The position numbers and the translations under genes were made by a program. From Felis catus (Eukaryota): 64,000 bases of DNA. Location of the stretch: assembly GCF_018350175.1 (NCBI RefSeq), contig NC_058383.1, forward strand, positions 38,812,001-38,876,000, written 5' to 3'. Below are positions 22,801 to 38,924 of the stretch, in pieces (position 1 is the stretch's first letter; the number at the start of each line of letters is the position of its first letter). The notes beneath the pieces are model-generated. The model made no database searches, had not been told where the DNA came from, and saw only the letters and a program-made list of their open reading frames with translations.

Positions 22801-25800
22801 ACCAAGTCCCGCACTCCACCTCGCCGTCGCAGCTCTAGATCGTCTCCTGAGCTGACCAGGAAGGCCCGGCTGTCTCGTAGAAGCCGCTCTGCATCGTCCT
22901 CACCAGAGACCCGTTCTAGAACCCCCCCGAGACGTCGAAGAAGTCCTTCAGTGTCTTCCCCAGAGCCAGCTGAAAAGTCAAGATCTTCACGCCGGCGGCG
23001 CTCAGCTTCATCCCCCCGTGCTAAGACAACTTCAAGGAGAGGCCGTTCTCCTTCACCAAAGCCTCGTGGGCTTCAGAGATCCCGTTCCCGCTCAAGGAGA
23101 GAGAAAACCAGAACAACTCGACGTCGAGATAGGTCTGGATCTTCTCAGTCAACTTCGCGGAGAAGACAGCGGAGCCGGTCGAGGTCTCGGGTCACTCGTC
23201 GGCGGAGGGGAGGCTCTGGTTACCACTCAAGGTCACCTGCCCGGCAGGAGAGTTCCCGAACTTCTTCCCGACGCCGAAGAGGCCGTTCTCGGACACCCCC
23301 AGCCAGTCGGAAGCGGTCCCGCTCTCGTACATCACCAGCTCCATGGAAACGCTCACGGTCTCGGGCCTCTCCAGCCACTCACCGGCGGTCCAGGTCCAGA
23401 ACACCTTTGGTCAGCCGCCGTAGGTCCAGGTCTCGAACTTCACCAGTCAGTCGGAGACGATCAAGGTCCAGGACATCAGTGACTCGACGAAGATCTCGAT
23501 CCAGAGCATCGCCAGTGAGTCGAAGGCGATCCAGGTCTAGAACACCACCAGTAACCCGCCGTCGTTCAAGATCCAGAACCCCAACACGCCGGCGCTCCCG
23601 TTCTAGAACTCCACCGGTGACTCGAAGAAGGTCCAGATCTAGGACTCCACCAGTGACCAGGAGGCGATCTCGAAGCAGAACTTCCCCTATCGCTCGCAGA
23701 AGATCGAGATCCAGAACGTCTCCAGTCACCCGTAGGAGATCTCGATCTCGCACATCTCCGGTAACTCGAAGGAGGTCCCGCTCTCGAACCTCTCCGGTGA
23801 CACGCCGCCGATCTCGGTCCCGAACACCTCCTGCCATTCGGCGTCGCTCTAGATCTCGGACCCCATTGTTGCCACGCAAGCGTTCTCGAAGTCGCTCTCC
23901 CCTTGCTATCCGTCGCCGTTCCAGATCCCGTACTCCACGAACAACTCGGGGCAAACGATCCTTAACGAGATCTCCTCCCGCCATCCGAAGACGTTCTGCA
24001 TCTGGAAGCAGTTCTGATCGCTCACGTTCTGCTACTCCTCCGGCAACGAGAAATCATTCTGGTTCTCGGACCCCTCCAGTAGCGCTCAATAGCTCCAGAA
24101 TGAGCTGTTTCAGTCGTCCTAGCATGTCACCAACTCCTCTGGACCGCTGTCGATCACCTGGAATGCTGGAACCCCTTGGCAGCTCTAGAACACCTATGTC
24201 TGTCCTGCAGCAAGCTGGTGGCTCCATGATGGATGGTCCAGGTCCCCGAATTCCTGATCACCCGAGAACATCCGTGCCAGAAAATCACGCACAGTCTAGA
24301 ATCGCACTTGCCCTGACAGCCATCAGTCTTGGCACTGCTCGGCCACCTCCATCCATGTCTGCTGCTGGCCTTGCTGCAAGAATGTCCCAGGTCCCAGCTC
24401 CAGTGCCTCTCATGAGTCTCAGAACGGCCCCAGCTGCCAGTCTTGCCAGCAGGATTCCTGCAGCTTCTGCAGCAGCGATGAATCTGGCCGGTGCCAGGAC
24501 ACCTGCCATACCAACAGCAGTGAACCTGGCTGACTCCAGAACACCAGCTGCGGCAGCAGCCATGAACTTGGCCAGCCCCAGAACAGCAGTGGCACCTTCT
24601 GCTGTGAACCTCGCTGACCCTCGCACCCCTACAGCCCCAGCTGTGAATCTAGCAGGAGCCAGAACCCCGGCTGCCTTGGCAGCTCTGAGTCTCACCGGCT
24701 CTGGCACTCCCCCGACCGCTGCAAACTATCCCTCCAGCTCCAGAACAGCCCAGGCTGCAGCCCCTGCAAACCTGGTGGGTCCTAGATCTGCACATGCTAC
24801 AGCTCCTGTGAATATTGCCAGCTCCAGAACCCCTCCAGCCATGGCACCTGCAAGCCTCACCAGTGCTAGAATGGCTCCAGCCTTGTCTGGTGCAAACCTT
24901 ACCAGCCCCCGGGTGCCCCTCACTGCTTACGAACGTGTTAGTGGTAGAACCTCACCGCCACTTCTTGACCGAGCCAGATCCAGAACCCCACCAGGAGGCC
25001 CAGGCTCCAGAACCCCACCATCTGCCCTCAGCCAGTCTAGAATGACCTCTGAGCGGGCTCCCTCTCCTGCTTCTAGAATGGTCCAGGCTTCCTCCCAGTG
25101 TGCTCTTCCTCCAGCTCAGGATCGACCTAGGTCCCCTGTGCCATCTGCTTTTTCTGACCAGTCCCGAGCTTTGCTTGCCCAGACCACCCCTGTAGCAGGG
25201 TCTCAGTCCCTCTCCTCTGGGACGGTGGCAAAGACCACGTCCTCTGCTGGTGACCACAACGGCATGCTCTCTGGTCCTGTCCCTGGGGTGTCCCACCCTG
25301 AGGGTGGGGAAACACCAGCCTCCACGGGGGCCCAGCAGCCTTCTGCATTGGCCACCCTGCAGCCGGCAAAGGAGCGGCGGAGTTCCTCCTCCTCCTCCTC
25401 ATCCAGCTCCTCCTCTTCATCCTCGTCATCGTCCTCTTCCTCCTCCTCTTCCTCCGGTTCCAGTTCTAGCGACTCGGAGGGCTCTAGCCTTCCTGCTCAA
25501 CCTGAGGTAGCGCTGAAGAGGTGAGGGGGCTTGACTTGCAGAACCGTTGGGTGGGGCCGGTTTGGGGGGTGGGTGGGGGTGGGGAGGGAGAAGTTCTGTC
25601 CAGAGGCTCTTGGCTCTTTGAAAGAGGTATGGGACCTTGACCCTTAAGCTGGGGTAGAAGAGAATGCTGGGGTGGGGGCACCGGGGGGAGGAATGGGACA
25701 GGTANNNNNNNNNNNNNNNNNNNNNNNNNNNNNNNNNNNNNNNNNNNNNNNNNNNNNNNNNNNNNNNNNNNNNNNNNNNNNNNNNNNNNNNNNNNNNNNN

Positions 25801-26416
25801 NNNNNNNNNNNNNNNNNNNNNNNNNNNNNNNNNNNNNNNNNNNNNNNNNNNNNNNNNNNNNNNNNNNNNNNNNNNNNNNNNNNNNNNNNNNNNNNNNNNN
25901 NNNNNNNNCCCGCTCGCAGGGGCCTCCCCAAGCCGTGGCTCTCCCGGGAAGGAGACCGCCCAGCTCGGCTTCCACACCTGAGCCCAGGGGCCTTAGTCCT
26001 CCTCCATCAGGGACATTCTTGAGGTTTAGCCTTGATCCCTTGTGCTGCGGGCCCGGCCTGTTGCTTGTGTTAGCAGAGGTCGGGGCGTCTCGGGCCACCG
26101 CTCTCCAGAGAATGCGCTCGCCGGCTCTCAGCTCCGAGGGCTCCTGGGGCCTTTCTCCGGCACCCCTCCCCCACTGCCGTTCCTCCAGGCCAAGGAAGGT
26201 AGGGTCGGGGCTGGGGCGGCGTGTCTCCTCCTGACGCTCTGCTTCTCCCACAGGGTCCCCAGCCCCACCCCAGCCCCCAAGGAGGCTGTTCGAGAGGGAC
26301 GTCCTCCGGAGCCGACCCCGGCCAAGCGGAAGAGGCGCTCCAGTAGCTCCAGTTCCAGCTCCTCCTCCTCCTCTTCCTCCTCCTCCTCCTCTTCCTCCTC
26401 CTCTTCTTCCTCCTCC

Positions 26417-26448
<32 letters not shown>

Positions 26449-28060
26449 CTCTACTTCTTCATCCCCCTCCCCCGCTAAGCCTGGCCCTCAGGCCTTGCCC
26501 AAACCTGCAAGCCCCAAGAAGCCACCCCCCGGCGAGCGGAGGTGAGTGCGGCCTTGCCGGAGCCGGAAGGGGCGGGGTGTGACCCTGGGCATGAGATCCC
26601 TGCCGGGAGTCTCTGGTGGACTGTGGTGTCTGGTTGTGTGGGAGGAGTTGGGCTCTCTCCCTACCACCTGTGCTGTGCCCTGTTCCGGCAAAGCGTCCAA
26701 GTGTGGGTGCTCCAATCAGAATTGTGGAGTCCTAGGTTCGTTCCTCTCCCTTCCCCTGACATGCAGCCTGTTTCCTGCTCCCACGTCCCAGGGATTCTAG
26801 ATTTTAAATCTCCCCGTTGCTCCCGCCAGGGCTCTGGTCTGGCCACCGTCATCTTCTCCCGACTCTGTCCACAGCCTCTTCCCTGTCTCCCTGCCTCCAC
26901 GCCATTCTCTTCCACACGTAGCCAGAGGGATCTTTCTAAAACGCACATCTGGTTACTTCCCTCCACTCCACAAATCCTTCCGGGACGCCCTGTGGCCTGC
27001 AGGATAAAGCCCCACCTCTGCGGGAATGGCGTGTGAGGCTCTTCACCAACTGGCCTTGCCTGCCCTGTGTTCTCCTCTCCTGCCCGCCCCCACACATGCC
27101 CTGTGCTCCAGCCATACCCAGCGCCTTGCAGTCTAAGGAGAACCCCATGCCTTTGGACATGCTGTTCCTTCTGCCTGGAATTCCCTTGTCCGCCTGGTGA
27201 ACTCCTCGTTCTGCAAGACTCCGCTCAAACAGCACCTTCGAGAAGACTACCCTCCCCCCCTTTCCCCGCCCTGTGTCCCTTCCCCCCGGGTCCCCAGACC
27301 CACGTATATCGGTCCTTGTGGGGCTGCTTCCCATACACGGGGCCGAGCGGGCCTCCCTTGGCCTCCCTTCACCACCAGACTGAGCCCCTCCAAGGGCAGG
27401 GACTGTCTTTCTCTTTGCATCCCCCGCTGCACCCCGTGCCCTGCCCAGTGGGGCACTCGGTGGATGGTGTGCGGGCGGATGGGTGAGTGAGCAGACAAAG
27501 GTGGGTCTGAGGCTGGCCCTGTGTGGTATGAGGTCTGGTGGTCAGGACCTGGGGGGTGGTCCTGAGTGCCGGCTGGTGGGTTTGGAAGAGCGTGGTGCTA
27601 TGGGAACTTCCTCTGCTCCCTAGGTCCCGTAGTCCCCGGAAGCCAATAGATTCCCTCCGAGATTCTCGGTCCCTCAGCTACTCGCCTGCGGAGCGCCGCC
27701 GCCCTTCGCCTCAGCCCTCGCCACGGGACCAGCAGAGGTAAGGCCTCCCGTCAGTGGCCAGCCTGGTCACCACCACTCTGAGCGGCTTTGAGGCTCGAAG
27801 TTGCCAGAGGTTGGTGTTGCCTTGCACGTGGGCTGACTGTCCTCTGTTGTTGCAGTAGCAGCGAGCGGGGTTCCCGCAGAGGCCAGCGTGGGGACAGCCG
27901 CTCCCCTGGCCACAAGCGCAGGAGGGAGACACCCAGCCCCCGCCCCGTGCGGCACCGCTCGTCCAGGTGCGTCCTTGTCAAGCTCTTGTGCCTGGGGACC
28001 TCTGGGGCTGGCTGGGGCCTAGGCACTGATCTCTGTCTCCTCTGTTTCAGGTCTCCTTGA
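13869..28060 (+). CDS. SRRM2: Serine/arginine repetitive matrix protein 2 (SRm300), spliced CDS of about 2,750 aa; exons 2-3 hidden in N-gaps
   Basis: Visible coding exons with GT-AG ends and continuous frame: e4 15308-15472 (VTETHQLAELNEKKNERLRAAFGISDSYVDGSSFDPQRR), e5 15645-15722, e6 16172-16234, e7 16332-16364, e8 16549-16599, e9 16788-16880, e10 17536-17731, e11 18832-25520, e12 26254-26541, e13 27624-27737, e14 27856-27966, e15 28051-28060 (TGA). These total 7891 nt and stay in frame to the stop. The acceptor 'ccccccag|g' at 13868/9 runs into the 13870-14153 gap (exon 2, ATG). Exon 3 should lie in the 14989-15144 gap. Confidence 0.97.
18832..25520 (+). CDS. SRRM2: SRRM2 giant exon 11 (6689 nt), RS/RSP-rich intrinsically disordered region
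   Basis: Contains the 2184-aa ORF 18970-25524 with RSRSRTPARR and RRRSRSRTSPVT arrays and a poly-Ser tract. Acceptor 'cactcttag|AAA', donor 'AAGAG|gtgagg'. Includes an in-frame 132-nt N-gap. Confidence 0.97.
26790..27490 (-). mobile_element. L2 fragment in SRRM2 intron 12
   Basis: Pyrimidine-rich L2 3' motifs (gccagagggatctttctaaaa, gctgttccttctgcctggaa). Confidence 0.7.
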
Positions 28061-28582
28061 ATCTCTGTGGGGGGAATCCCACCACACCCCAAGTTCTGGA
28101 GCTGCAGGGAGTGCCCCCTTTACCCAGCAGTGGGGAGGGGTCCTTGTCTGCCCCCCACCCCCGAACCCTGGCAGCCTCCTGGGGGAGGACTCTTCCTCCT
28201 TCCCGCCCCCCCCCCCTTTTTCTTTGTTCCTGTGAAATGTTAATCTCTGTGAGTTTTTCCTGGTTCACGTTTTGGGAGTTTTGGGGTGGGTGGGAATGAG
28301 AATGGGAGTTGTGGGAGGGGAGGATACAGTTGGGGACACCCTGGTCTTGAGTTAGAAAGGGCTGGGAGGCGTCAGTGCCCCCTGAAACCCTAAGTTCTGG
28401 GGGGAGTTGGAACTTGGGAACTTGTGTGAGGTGTTCCTGGAAGGAAGGGGCAGGAGTTGAAATTAGTTGGCCCCTACTGTCCCCCAAGTGAGGTTGTGGC
28501 CCCTCCCCCAACTTTTCTTCACGTTTCTTAAAGGCATTTTGGTTTTTTAAAATCTGTACAGCAAGAGCAACTTTTTCTGTCA

Positions 28583-28588
28583 AATAAA
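28583..28588 (+). terminator. SRRM2 polyadenylation signal AATAAA
   Basis: First AATAAA about 520 nt after the SRRM2 stop codon. Confidence 0.8.
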
Positions 28589-29096
28589 AATGAGAAATGC
28601 AGGAATTGGGTCTGTAGATTATTAGGGGTGGAAGGTGGAGAGTGAGCAGTCTTTCCACTTTGAATCCCCCCCCCAAGCCTTAGAGGACTCAGGTAAGGTG
28701 GCTGGCTGTAGGTGATGGGTTCCCCGTGGAACCTCACTGGCTCTGGCTGACATTTTGGCCTCTGCCCCTCAGCCCAGAGGCGCCAGAGCCCGAGGGAGCC
28801 TGCTTGCTGGAAGTCAAAGAAGGAACCTCTGTCCCCAGGCTGAGCAGAAGGCTGGCCTGGGGCTCTGGGTTCCTCCCGGTTCTCTGCCCACAGCCGGAGG
28901 GGCAGGCTCGAGTGGGTGTGACAGCAGGGACCCAAGGAGCTTGGGGGTCGGTCCCACAGCCACGGCCACCCTCGCAAGTACACGGGGCTGAGGAGGAACC
29001 TTGCAGGGGAGCAGACCCCGTCCCAGGAAAGGTGATGCCTGAGTCAGAAGAGGGGGTGCAGAAAAAGGCAGCAACCAGGCAGATGCCCAAATCTCT

Positions 29097-29102
29097 TTTA
29101 TT
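29097..29102 (-). terminator. ELOB polyadenylation signal AATAAA
   Basis: tttatt on the + strand, 45 nt past the ELOB stop. Confidence 0.85.
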
Positions 29103-29146
29103 GGGGGGGGGGGGGAGGGCGCACCGGGGGCGGGCCAGGAGCCCTC

Positions 29147-33700
<4,554 letters not shown>

Positions 33701-34308
33701 CGTCCATCCTGAGGGAGTGATAATTCTGGACCTTCCGGCTACCTCCATGGGTGGGCTGTCCCCATTTTCCCCGCCCAGCCTGGGCCGGGCTTTTGTGGCC
33801 TGGAAGGACCCCAGGAAGCTGCTCCCTGGGTTAGGGAGGGGCCCGGCGAACTTCCGGGGAAAAGCAAGGCACGGTGCAAGACGGTTCGCCCCAGGGACGG
33901 AGGAAAGAGGAGACCCTCGACCCAGGGACCTAGGTCCACTTGGGCTCTGGGAGGGCCTGTAGGCTTGATTTCCCTGGCCGGCTGCCCTTCTACGGGGCTG
34001 CCCTACCGACGCCTACACCTTACTTCCCCGGGTGTTGGGACACTGTCCTGCCTTGCCCCAGATTGCAGTTACACTAGAGCGAGAAAAATGAGGCTTTTTT
34101 CTCTTGCGTAACCAGCCCTTTGGAGGGAGAGCGCCTCAACTGGGTCCCTGAGGACGTGTCAGGCTCAGGGCGCCCCGTGAGCAGGTGGAAGGCCTCGGAT
34201 GCCAAACAGCTGTGCAGCTGCGGGGCTGCAATTTGAGAATTCTCGAGAGGGGGCAGAATCTGAAGGTGCTGCTGCCTTGGCCCTGAATCAAGCTGGTGAC
34301 TGACAACT

Positions 34309-34683
34309 GTTAACCTTAGGAAATAAAAAATGAGTTATTTCACCAGCAAAACTGGGCTTATCCGGGGATACCGGGCAGTTACAATCCACAACAAGCAAGC
34401 TTCAGCAAGGCTACAGGCAAGCGCGGAGACCAAGGAGACTGTCAGCAAGGAGCAACAGGGCTGTCGTAAGCAAAGTTCATTGGCATACAGTGGGAGGTCT
34501 AAGTATACTGGCTTTTCATTGGCTGGGCTGTGAGAGCCTCTCATTGGCGGAGCCGTTGCCAAGGGAGGAGGAAACCTTCCCCGTCGGGTTGGTGAAGAGC
34601 ACCCACCTGCGAGGTCCCAGCTTGGGCTGCGATGCTGAGAACTCCCTCTGCTGGCCTCCCGACTAAACGAGGTTTCCGTTTAC
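34309..34683 (-). mobile_element. ERV1-type (MER34/CarLTR-like) solo LTR upstream of ELOB
   Basis: tgttaacc...cattggc repeats...ttttcaca termini; family uncertain. Confidence 0.45.
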
Positions 34684-35268
34684 TAATTTTTCACACGCAG
34701 GCTCTGGCCTCAGGCCACGAGGGATTCAAATCCTTGCTCTCGGCGCTGACTGCAGCTTTGGGTGATAAAACTCGCGAAAGTCTAATGTCCTCTTCTTTAA
34801 GATGCGAGGAATGGCTGTTTGTCAAGTGTGTACATTTTCATCAAGAATTGGTACTCAACAGAGGTTTCTAACACTGTGAACATAATTATTGTCATTTTTG
34901 AGTTCTAGCCCCTGGCTCTCTGGAGCCTCCTCAGGTCCTTTCCCCTCCTGTGACTCTTCCCTCTCTGAGCCTAGGCAGCCCCTGCTCCCTCCTAGCTCCC
35001 CAGCCCCTGGCTGACCTTGACTTCATCACCTGAGTCAGGAGGCTGTGGACAAGTAACTGACGTGGCGGGTCCTCGGCTCAGGTCAGAGATTTCCATCTTA
35101 ACCTCAGCATCTTTGTGCACAGAGATTTGGAGGCTTTAGATCCTGTACTGCTGAAGAGGGAGAGCATGGGGCAGGGAAGGGATGTGGACGGACCGTGGGA
35201 GGCCAGTCACGCTCTCAGAGGCATCCGGCAGACCTCCCAGAATGTGCCAGTTAAAGATGGAGTCCAAA

Positions 35269-35452
35269 GGGGCGCCTGGGTGGCTCAGGCGGTAAGCGTC
35301 CAACTTTGGCTCAGGTCATGATCTTGTGGTTTGTGGGTCTGAGCCTCACGTCGGGCTCGGTGCTGACAGCTCTGAGTCTGGAGCCTGCTTGGGATTCTTT
35401 GTCTCTCTCTCTCTCTCAAAAATAAATAAATATTTAAAAAAAAAAAAAAAAA
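35269..35452 (+). mobile_element. Can-SINE
   Basis: ggggcgcctgggtggctcag head, (CT)n, A-tail. Confidence 0.9.
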
Positions 35453-38259
35453 GGAGCCCAGGGTGCGGGGAAAGGAGGGGCCTCCTCTCCACCTAGGATG
35501 TTGTGACCCGGCTGCACCTGGGCATATTGTCCTGACTCTCGGCCCTGTTGCCACGTACACACCTGCCTTGTTGGCTTTGCCCCTGCTGGTGTCACAGCTC
35601 AGGATGCCTACCGGGAGTCCCCCTGAGTGGGCCCACACTCCCTCCCTCCGAGGCTCACGCCTGTCTCCACCCACCCTCGGGCAGACCACCTGGGTCAACT
35701 ATCAGCTCGTTAACTGTGATCTCTGGCACGGGGCTGAGCCTCCACCCGTTGTCCCATCCTCGAAGGGGACGGACACACAGCTGGATTCCATAAGGCATTG
35801 GGCAGCATTAATGAGCCAACGCACACGGCACAGCGCAAGGGTTTGGGGAATGACTGGCGTCCGATTCCAGCGGTCTCTGCTGTCAGAGGTCACCCGGCCT
35901 AGGGGAGGTGGCGAGTAGGGCAGGGGCCTTGCCCGCCACGAGCCCTTCCCCTCTGGGTGTCTCTGTGAACCCCACGGTGCCGCAGACCTGGTGGGTCGGT
36001 TGTAGGGGGTGGACTGTAGGCCTTGCAAGGATGTCTCCTGCCGTGGGAGTGGGCTCAGGAGGGGCTTGAGGGGGAGTGGGGGCTGACCTCCAGCCCCCGC
36101 TCTGCGGCCTCACTGGGGCCATGACGGACGGCACCAGAACCTCAAGATGGTGGGTGAGCTGGCCGGCCCACTGCTCCTGGTTCTCTGCACAGGAAGGCTG
36201 TCTGGGCCCTTTCGGCCCCCTCACCTCAGCCACCCAACGCTCATGACAGGGACCCTTCTCTGGCCTCCAGACCAAGCTGGCGGGGTCTCGACCTAGTGGG
36301 CCTTCCCCTCCTTTTTGTGTTCAACGTTGATTAGTAATTGTCATCACCGGTAGTTACGAAGCGTGCCTCCCACTTGTAGAGTGTTTCACGACTACTGTCC
36401 TGGCCACAAGGGAAGACGCACAACTGGGTGTGGGGCCTGAGTCAGTTGCCCAGCTGCAACCTAGCTTCACCGCTTCCCGGCTACGGGCCTCGCGCTGCTT
36501 AACCTCTCTGGGCCGGTCTCCCCACGCGTGACCTTGAAAACGAGGGCACCTCCCGGGTGTCCCTAGAGCGAGCGAGAGCGTGCTCGTGCAAAGCACAGCA
36601 TGCAGGCTCGGTGGGCAGAAGGGCGGGGGCCTCAGCCGTCCTCTTAGCCCTCCCAGCAGCCCCGACATGGTGGGTGCTAGCCATTCAGAGGACAGAGGGG
36701 AAACCGAGGCCAAGTCGGAACTCCTGGGGGAGGCTGGGCCGTCTGCTTGCAGCATCCCCAACTAGAGTCGGCGGACAGCCAGGGAGCGCCTGCCTTAGAC
36801 AGGAGCGCAGCGTCCCCCATGCTTGAGACTTCCCAGGACCACCCTTGCCGCCCCGGGTGCTCCCCTCCGGGCTGCACAGCCTCCCAGCCTGTCACCTGGT
36901 AGGTCAGGCAGCTGTGGCTGATGCAGGGCCAGGTTACCCCCACGCCCCCACTGACCTTGCAAACAGACGGGATGCTCCAGCACAGGGCCCGGTGCCCCTG
37001 AGTCGGCTGCGCCAAGACCTGCCGCCTGCCCAGCCTCATGGAGCTGGTGCGGCCGGAAGGGACCGGAAGGGGCCGGAGCCCGTGCTAGGGGGCAGCACGT
37101 GGAGAGGCAATTGTGACCCCGCCCCTGCCGTTCCAGCTGCCTCCACGATCAGACCACCTGGGTTGGAATCCCACTCTGCCATCTACCAGCCACGTGCCTT
37201 TGGGCCTTAGCTTTCTCATCTGGCAAATGGGTGTCAGGTGAGGATCCCATGAGACGGTGCAGCAAAGCTCTCCGCATGGCATCTCGTAAGGGCTTGATGA
37301 GGAGTAGCTGACCTCTTCTCATTCCCTGACCTTCCCTTCCACGCCCAGATCCTGTTTCTCTGGCTTCCGGACTCCCATGTTTAGCTCCCAGTTCATGCTT
37401 CAGAAACACAGAGCTCTCTGAATGCGGACCCTTTATTCGAGTCACAGCAAGTCCCAGGCTGAAGCGGACTGGCTCCCGGCCCCTGGCTTGTTCCCACCTC
37501 AGTGTCTTGGGAGGCGTCCTGGGGAAGGCCCCTTAGCTGGCTCCAGACTGAGGGAGCCACCGAGGATGGCCGGCATCACCCAGCAGCGGTCACCAGGGTC
37601 CCCTTGCTGACATGTCCACAGACGAGCCCCATTCCGGACGCCCTGCTCCCCGATAACCACCCTCCAAGGGTGGTGAAGCTCTACCCCAGATGGAGGGCCT
37701 GCCCCGCGTGGCTCAGGCCTGCCCCGCCAGGCTGCACCTTTGATGATGGCCTTCCCCCATCCCATTCCTCCACTGGCCCTCGTAACTCCAACGATTAGGC
37801 TTTGGGGTTTCCAGGGTTTGTTCCATTTCTTGTTCCTTCTGCAGTTCTAGAAACTGAGCTGTATCTATTGGGATGGATGGTCTTTGGCCTGGGAATGAGG
37901 AGATGGCAGGGAGGGGACTGGACCCAGGTCCCAGGCACACAAGGGTGGGCAGGGAGCTGCAAAGGGCCAGATGCAGGTGGAGGGGGGTGGGGGGTCCTGG
38001 GTCTGTGGGCCCCTGCCACAGGGAGGACATAGCCCCAGACCCTCCCCGCAAGTATGGTTATAACAACAGAACCAATCAGGCACAGCAGGAGTTCTGGCCA
38101 GGCCTGCCTGGGGGCTCCCGGCCCAGGTGCCGAGGCCCCTGAGCCTTTCAGAGCACATGGCGCGCCCACCCAGACCCCAATGCAACAGGGCACGATCTAT
38201 ATGTTTTCTGTTGCTGCGTAGTAAAAGACCAGCAACATGGCGGCCTGAACCAACACAAA

Positions 38260-38265
38260 TTTATT
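38260..38265 (-). terminator. PRSS33 polyadenylation signal AATAAA
   Basis: tttatt on the + strand, about 660 nt past the stop. Confidence 0.65.
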
Positions 38266-38924
38266 AAGTCATAACTCTGCAGGCCAGAGGTCTGGGTGGG
38301 CTCCGCTGGGTTCAAGGGCCTGGTCTGGTGGGCACGCTGATGCGGGGTGGGCGCTCCTCTGGAGGCTGTGGGGGGAACGGGGTCCCAAGCTCATTCAGGT
38401 TGTCGGCCAGCTTCCCTTCCTTGCAGTCGGGGCACGGAGGTGCCCCCTGCTGGCTGTCCGCCGCCGGGGGCTGGCTTCCGCTCCTGGAGGCCGCTCGCCT
38501 GTGGCTCCTCGCCAGCAGCTCCTCCATGTTCAAAGCCAGCAATGGAGGATCATCTCTCTGGGGCTGAATCCCTCTCACACTTTGAATTTCCCTGACTTTC
38601 TCCAGAAAAAGGCAGGCACACGGGCCAGACCGGGCACCAGCTGGCTTGCCCGCCTCTGGGTGCCCAGGCCCCTGGCTGGAGCAGAGAAGGGTAAAAGTGA
38701 GCAGGACGGGGAAGGAGGAGTGTGAGACCCGGGGACGCAGGGGAGGCTCCAGGAGGAGGGCTGGCGGCTAGGGTTTGGTGAGCTCCAAGGAGGAGGCAGG
38801 GGATGGAGAGACGGATGGCCCCGCAGCTTTCTAAGGCTTATGAGCCTTAAGTGGGAAGGGGCAAGGTGGGAGGGAACGTGCAGGTCCTCAGAGGGACCCC
38901 AGCCTCTGGCTCCAGCTCACTGCA

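Noticed and set aside
19480-23960. Regular tandem arrays that could look like CRISPR or satellite repeats
   Set aside because: They are in-frame RSRSRTPARR and RRRSRSRTSPVT coding repeats of SRRM2 with no unique spacers, and this is eukaryotic DNA.
19094-25429. Alternative-frame and antisense ORFs overlapping SRRM2 exon 11
   Set aside because: Shadow ORFs expected from repetitive GC-rich coding DNA; no independent start or splice context.
26079-26198. Cassette exon in SRRM2 intron 11 ending at donor gtaggg (26199)
   Set aside because: It would leave a 55-nt downstream intron, too short for normal mammalian splicing, and it needs a weak GAG acceptor.
35460-38200. Possible decayed protease gene between ELOB and PRSS33
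   Set aside because: No IVGG, AAHC or GDSGG remnants seen; contains MIR fragments and ordinary GC-rich sequence.
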